From positions 13,054 to 77,053 of the forward strand of contig MEKT01000101.1 of assembly GCA_001767435.1 (NCBI GenBank): a stretch of 64,000 nucleotides of DNA, in the 5' to 3' direction. Shown piece by piece: positions 62,084 to 64,000 of this stretch (positions are counted from its first letter, which is position 1; every line of letters starts with the position of its first letter). A program made the translations under genes and the position numbers. The DNA comes from Acidobacteria bacterium RIFCSPLOWO2_02_FULL_65_29 (lineage in GTDB: Bacteria; Acidobacteriota; Vicinamibacteria; Vicinamibacterales; CAVVIG01). Below the pieces are notes generated by a model. The model saw only the letters and a list, made by a program, of their open reading frames with translations. It was not told the DNA's origin and searched no databases.

Positions 62084-63219
62084 GCCGATCTTTCCACGCA
62101 GTCGACGATGTCGCGGGCCATCGTGTCCCAGGTGCGGGCGCCCAGCTCGCTCGCGACCGGGGCCACCAGCGATCGAAATCGATCGATGCCGCTCCGCCAT
62201 CGCCTCAGGCACTCCGCCAGCTCCGGCCCATCGTCGGGATTGCGAACGAGCAGATCGGCCAGGGCTGGCGGATACCGCTCGGCGACACCTGCCGAGGCGC
62301 TGACGAGCGCCGGAATGCCTCGGCACAGCGCTTCGTGCACCGACAGACCGTAGGCTTCATAGCGGGCCGGGTGCACGAGCGCGTCGAGCGCCGCCAGAAT
62401 GTCTGGCACGTCGGGGCGAAACCCGAGAAAGCGGATGCGATCGTCAAGACCCGCGGCGCGCGTGCGCGCCTGCCAGGCCGGCTGCTCCGCGCCGCTCCCG
62501 ACGACGACCAGGTCGGCGTCCCAATCGCTCCGAGCGCAAAGCGCCCGCCAGGCGGCGAACACCGTGTCGAAGGCTTTCCGGCGATCGCCAAGCGCGCCGA
62601 TGAAGCCGACGAGCGGCCGCTCGGCGCTCCGGGCGAGCGCCCGTCTCGCCGCCGCGCGCTCGGTGCCGCCGACCGGAGCAAAGCGCACGGGGTCGGTCCC
62701 GTAGTAGACGACGTGCACGCGATCGTCGGGGATGCCGAGACGATCGACGACGTCGGTTCTGGTGCGGCGGCTGTTGCAGATGATCACCCGCGCTTCACGA
62801 AGCGCCGCCTTCTCCGCGGCCAGATCGCGCCTGAGCGCGAGCGCGCCCTTCAGGCGGCGACCCGTGCCGGCCTCGACCTGGGGCGTGTACGCGGCGTGCA
62901 GGTAGTGCACCCAGTTGGCGGCCGGCAGGCGGCAGTTCCCACCATTGACGAGCGCGCGGACGCCGCGAGGCCGCAGGCGGCGGAACTGACGCCGGCCCGT
63001 GCGCGACAGGAGCGGGCCGCCAAACAGATGGCTCCCAAACGGCCGCCAGACGCGGTGTACGGTCACACCCGGCACGTCCGACAGGTCGGGCCATGCACGA
63101 TGTGTGACGAGGTGCACTTCCGATCCGCGCGCGCCGAGGTACCGAGCGAGCGCGTGGTTCGCGGCGTCCATCCCGCCGAGCGGGGTCAGATCGCCCGCCA
63201 CCAGCAGCCACGGCGTCAT
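62080..63219 (-). CDS. glycosyltransferase family 4
   Basis: ATG at 63219 (ATGA overlap). MTPWLLVAGDLTPLGGMDAANHALA, YEAYGLSVHEALCRGIPALVS. Confidence 0.85.
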   Translation of the reverse strand: MTPWLLVAGDLTPLGGMDAANHALARYLGARGSEVHLVTHRAWPDLSDVPGVTVHRVWRPFGSHLFGGPLLSRTGRRQFRRLRPRGVRALVNGGNCRLPAANWVHYLHAAYTPQVEAGTGRRLKGALALRRDLAAEKAALREARVIICNSRRTRTDVVDRLGIPDDRVHVVYYGTDPVRFAPVGGTERAAARRALARSAERPLVGFIGALGDRRKAFDTVFAAWRALCARSDWDADLVVVGSGAEQPAWQARTRAAGLDDRIRFLGFRPDVPDILAALDALVHPARYEAYGLSVHEALCRGIPALVSASAGVAERYPPALADLLVRNPDDGPELAECLRRWRSGIDRFRSLVAPVASELGARTWDTMARDIVDCVERSA

Positions 63220-64000
63220 GTGCGGCGCGGCCGCCGTGTCATGGCGCCGTGCAGCGCGCCTTCGAGGAACCAGTACTGCAGGCCCACCTGCGTGATGAAC
63301 GGCACGAAGCTGAACACGAGCGCCAGCGTGCCGATGTTCACCGCAGCGACGGTCGCAGCCCAGAAGCGATCCTCCTGGGCCGCAAGGCTCATCGCGAGCC
63401 GCCATTCGTACCACGCGGCGAAGGCCAGCGCGAGCGAGTAGAGTCCCAGCAGGACCAAGCCGCCGTCGAGCAGCCACCCCGATGGCTGCACTTCGGCCCA
63501 GATTTCCGTCGACTCGAGGTTCGATCGATCGCCGAAATAGCCGCGCATCATGCCCCAACGCGCGAGACCCGCGCCAAAGGGATACTGGCTGGCGAGCTCG
63601 GCGAAACCGGTCTCGAGCTGCTGGCCGCGACTCGCGTAATACAGGCTCCGCGGATCCTCGGCGAGGAGCGTCGAGAAGCGCTGGCGGATCGACTCACCGC
63701 CAATCACGGTCGACGCGGTGAGCCCGACGACGACGACGCCTGCGCCGAGCGAGGCGAAGGCGGTGAGCCTGGCCTTCTGGTTCTGAAACAGCAGGGCGGC
63801 CGCGTACACCGCCATCATGCCGAGCGTGACAACGAAATTGGCGCGGACGTGGCTCAAGTAAATCGCCGAGATACCCGCGAGCGAGAACATCAGCGCGATC
63901 GCGCGCTTCCACCACGCGAACTTCTCGAGCGCAAACACGAGCCCGAGCAGCGCCGCGACCGTGCCGGGCCCGCACACGGCCCCCGGTGTGTCGAACAACC
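63216..64000 (-). CDS. O-antigen polymerase (Wzy)-like membrane protein; 5' end lies outside the window
   Basis: The ORF stays open to the window edge. Multiple TM helices and the periplasmic-loop motif PFGAGLARWG. Confidence 0.7.
   Translation of the reverse strand, partial: LFDTPGAVCGPGTVAALLGLVFALEKFAWWKRAIALMFSLAGISAIYLSHVRANFVVTLGMMAVYAAALLFQNQKARLTAFASLGAGVVVVGLTASTVIGGESIRQRFSTLLAEDPRSLYYASRGQQLETGFAELASQYPFGAGLARWGMMRGYFGDRSNLESTEIWAEVQPSGWLLDGGLVLLGLYSLALAFAAWYEWRLAMSLAAQEDRFWAATVAAVNIGTLALVFSFVPFITQVGLQYWFLEGALHGAMTRRPRRT

Overview
GC-rich bacterial chromosomal segment. The gene content, including giant TonB-dependent receptors with CarboxypepD_reg-type N-termini, suggests an Acidobacteriota-like origin (inference only).

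Layout:
- Left third: a DUF1592-type cytochrome-c protein, an FAH hydrolase, a PP2C+FHA pair, an extradiol dioxygenase, DoxX/HxlR/pirin and a degenerate AbrB-PIN toxin-antitoxin pair.
- Next, a periplasmic oxidation region: two TonB-dependent receptors flanking two Tat-signal flavin oxidases, a TonB-C protein, PPK2, and three tandem paralogous soluble PQQ dehydrogenases plus a c-type cytochrome.
- Middle: a LOR/SDH-like protein, hom, truA, DUF3810 and a dienelactone hydrolase.
- Right ~30 kb: an exopolysaccharide (EPS) locus with a Wzc tyrosine autokinase, two Wzy/WaaL-like membrane proteins, a Wzx flippase, a priming sugar transferase, about 9 glycosyltransferases and 5 methyltransferases.

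Main finding: the EPS locus is split by a ~5 kb lasso-peptide (RiPP) island. It encodes an Asn-synthetase-like cyclase, split B1 (PqqD) and B2 (transglutaminase-like protease), an HprK-like kinase and an NTP_transf_5-type nucleotidyltransferase. It also contains a 52-codon precursor gene that is not in the ORF track and overlaps both the cyclase and the kinase genes in a third reading frame.

Second theme: almost every gene junction holds short tandem repeat arrays (7-, 8- or 11-nt units) or one of several families of structured 50-225 nt repeats. Several of these supply stop codons or abut start codons.

Caveats: many long ORFs in the track are antisense GC-shadow artefacts or over-extended starts, so starts were re-derived from Shine-Dalgarno context where possible. 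No rRNA, tRNA, CRISPR array, transposase or integrase was recognised.
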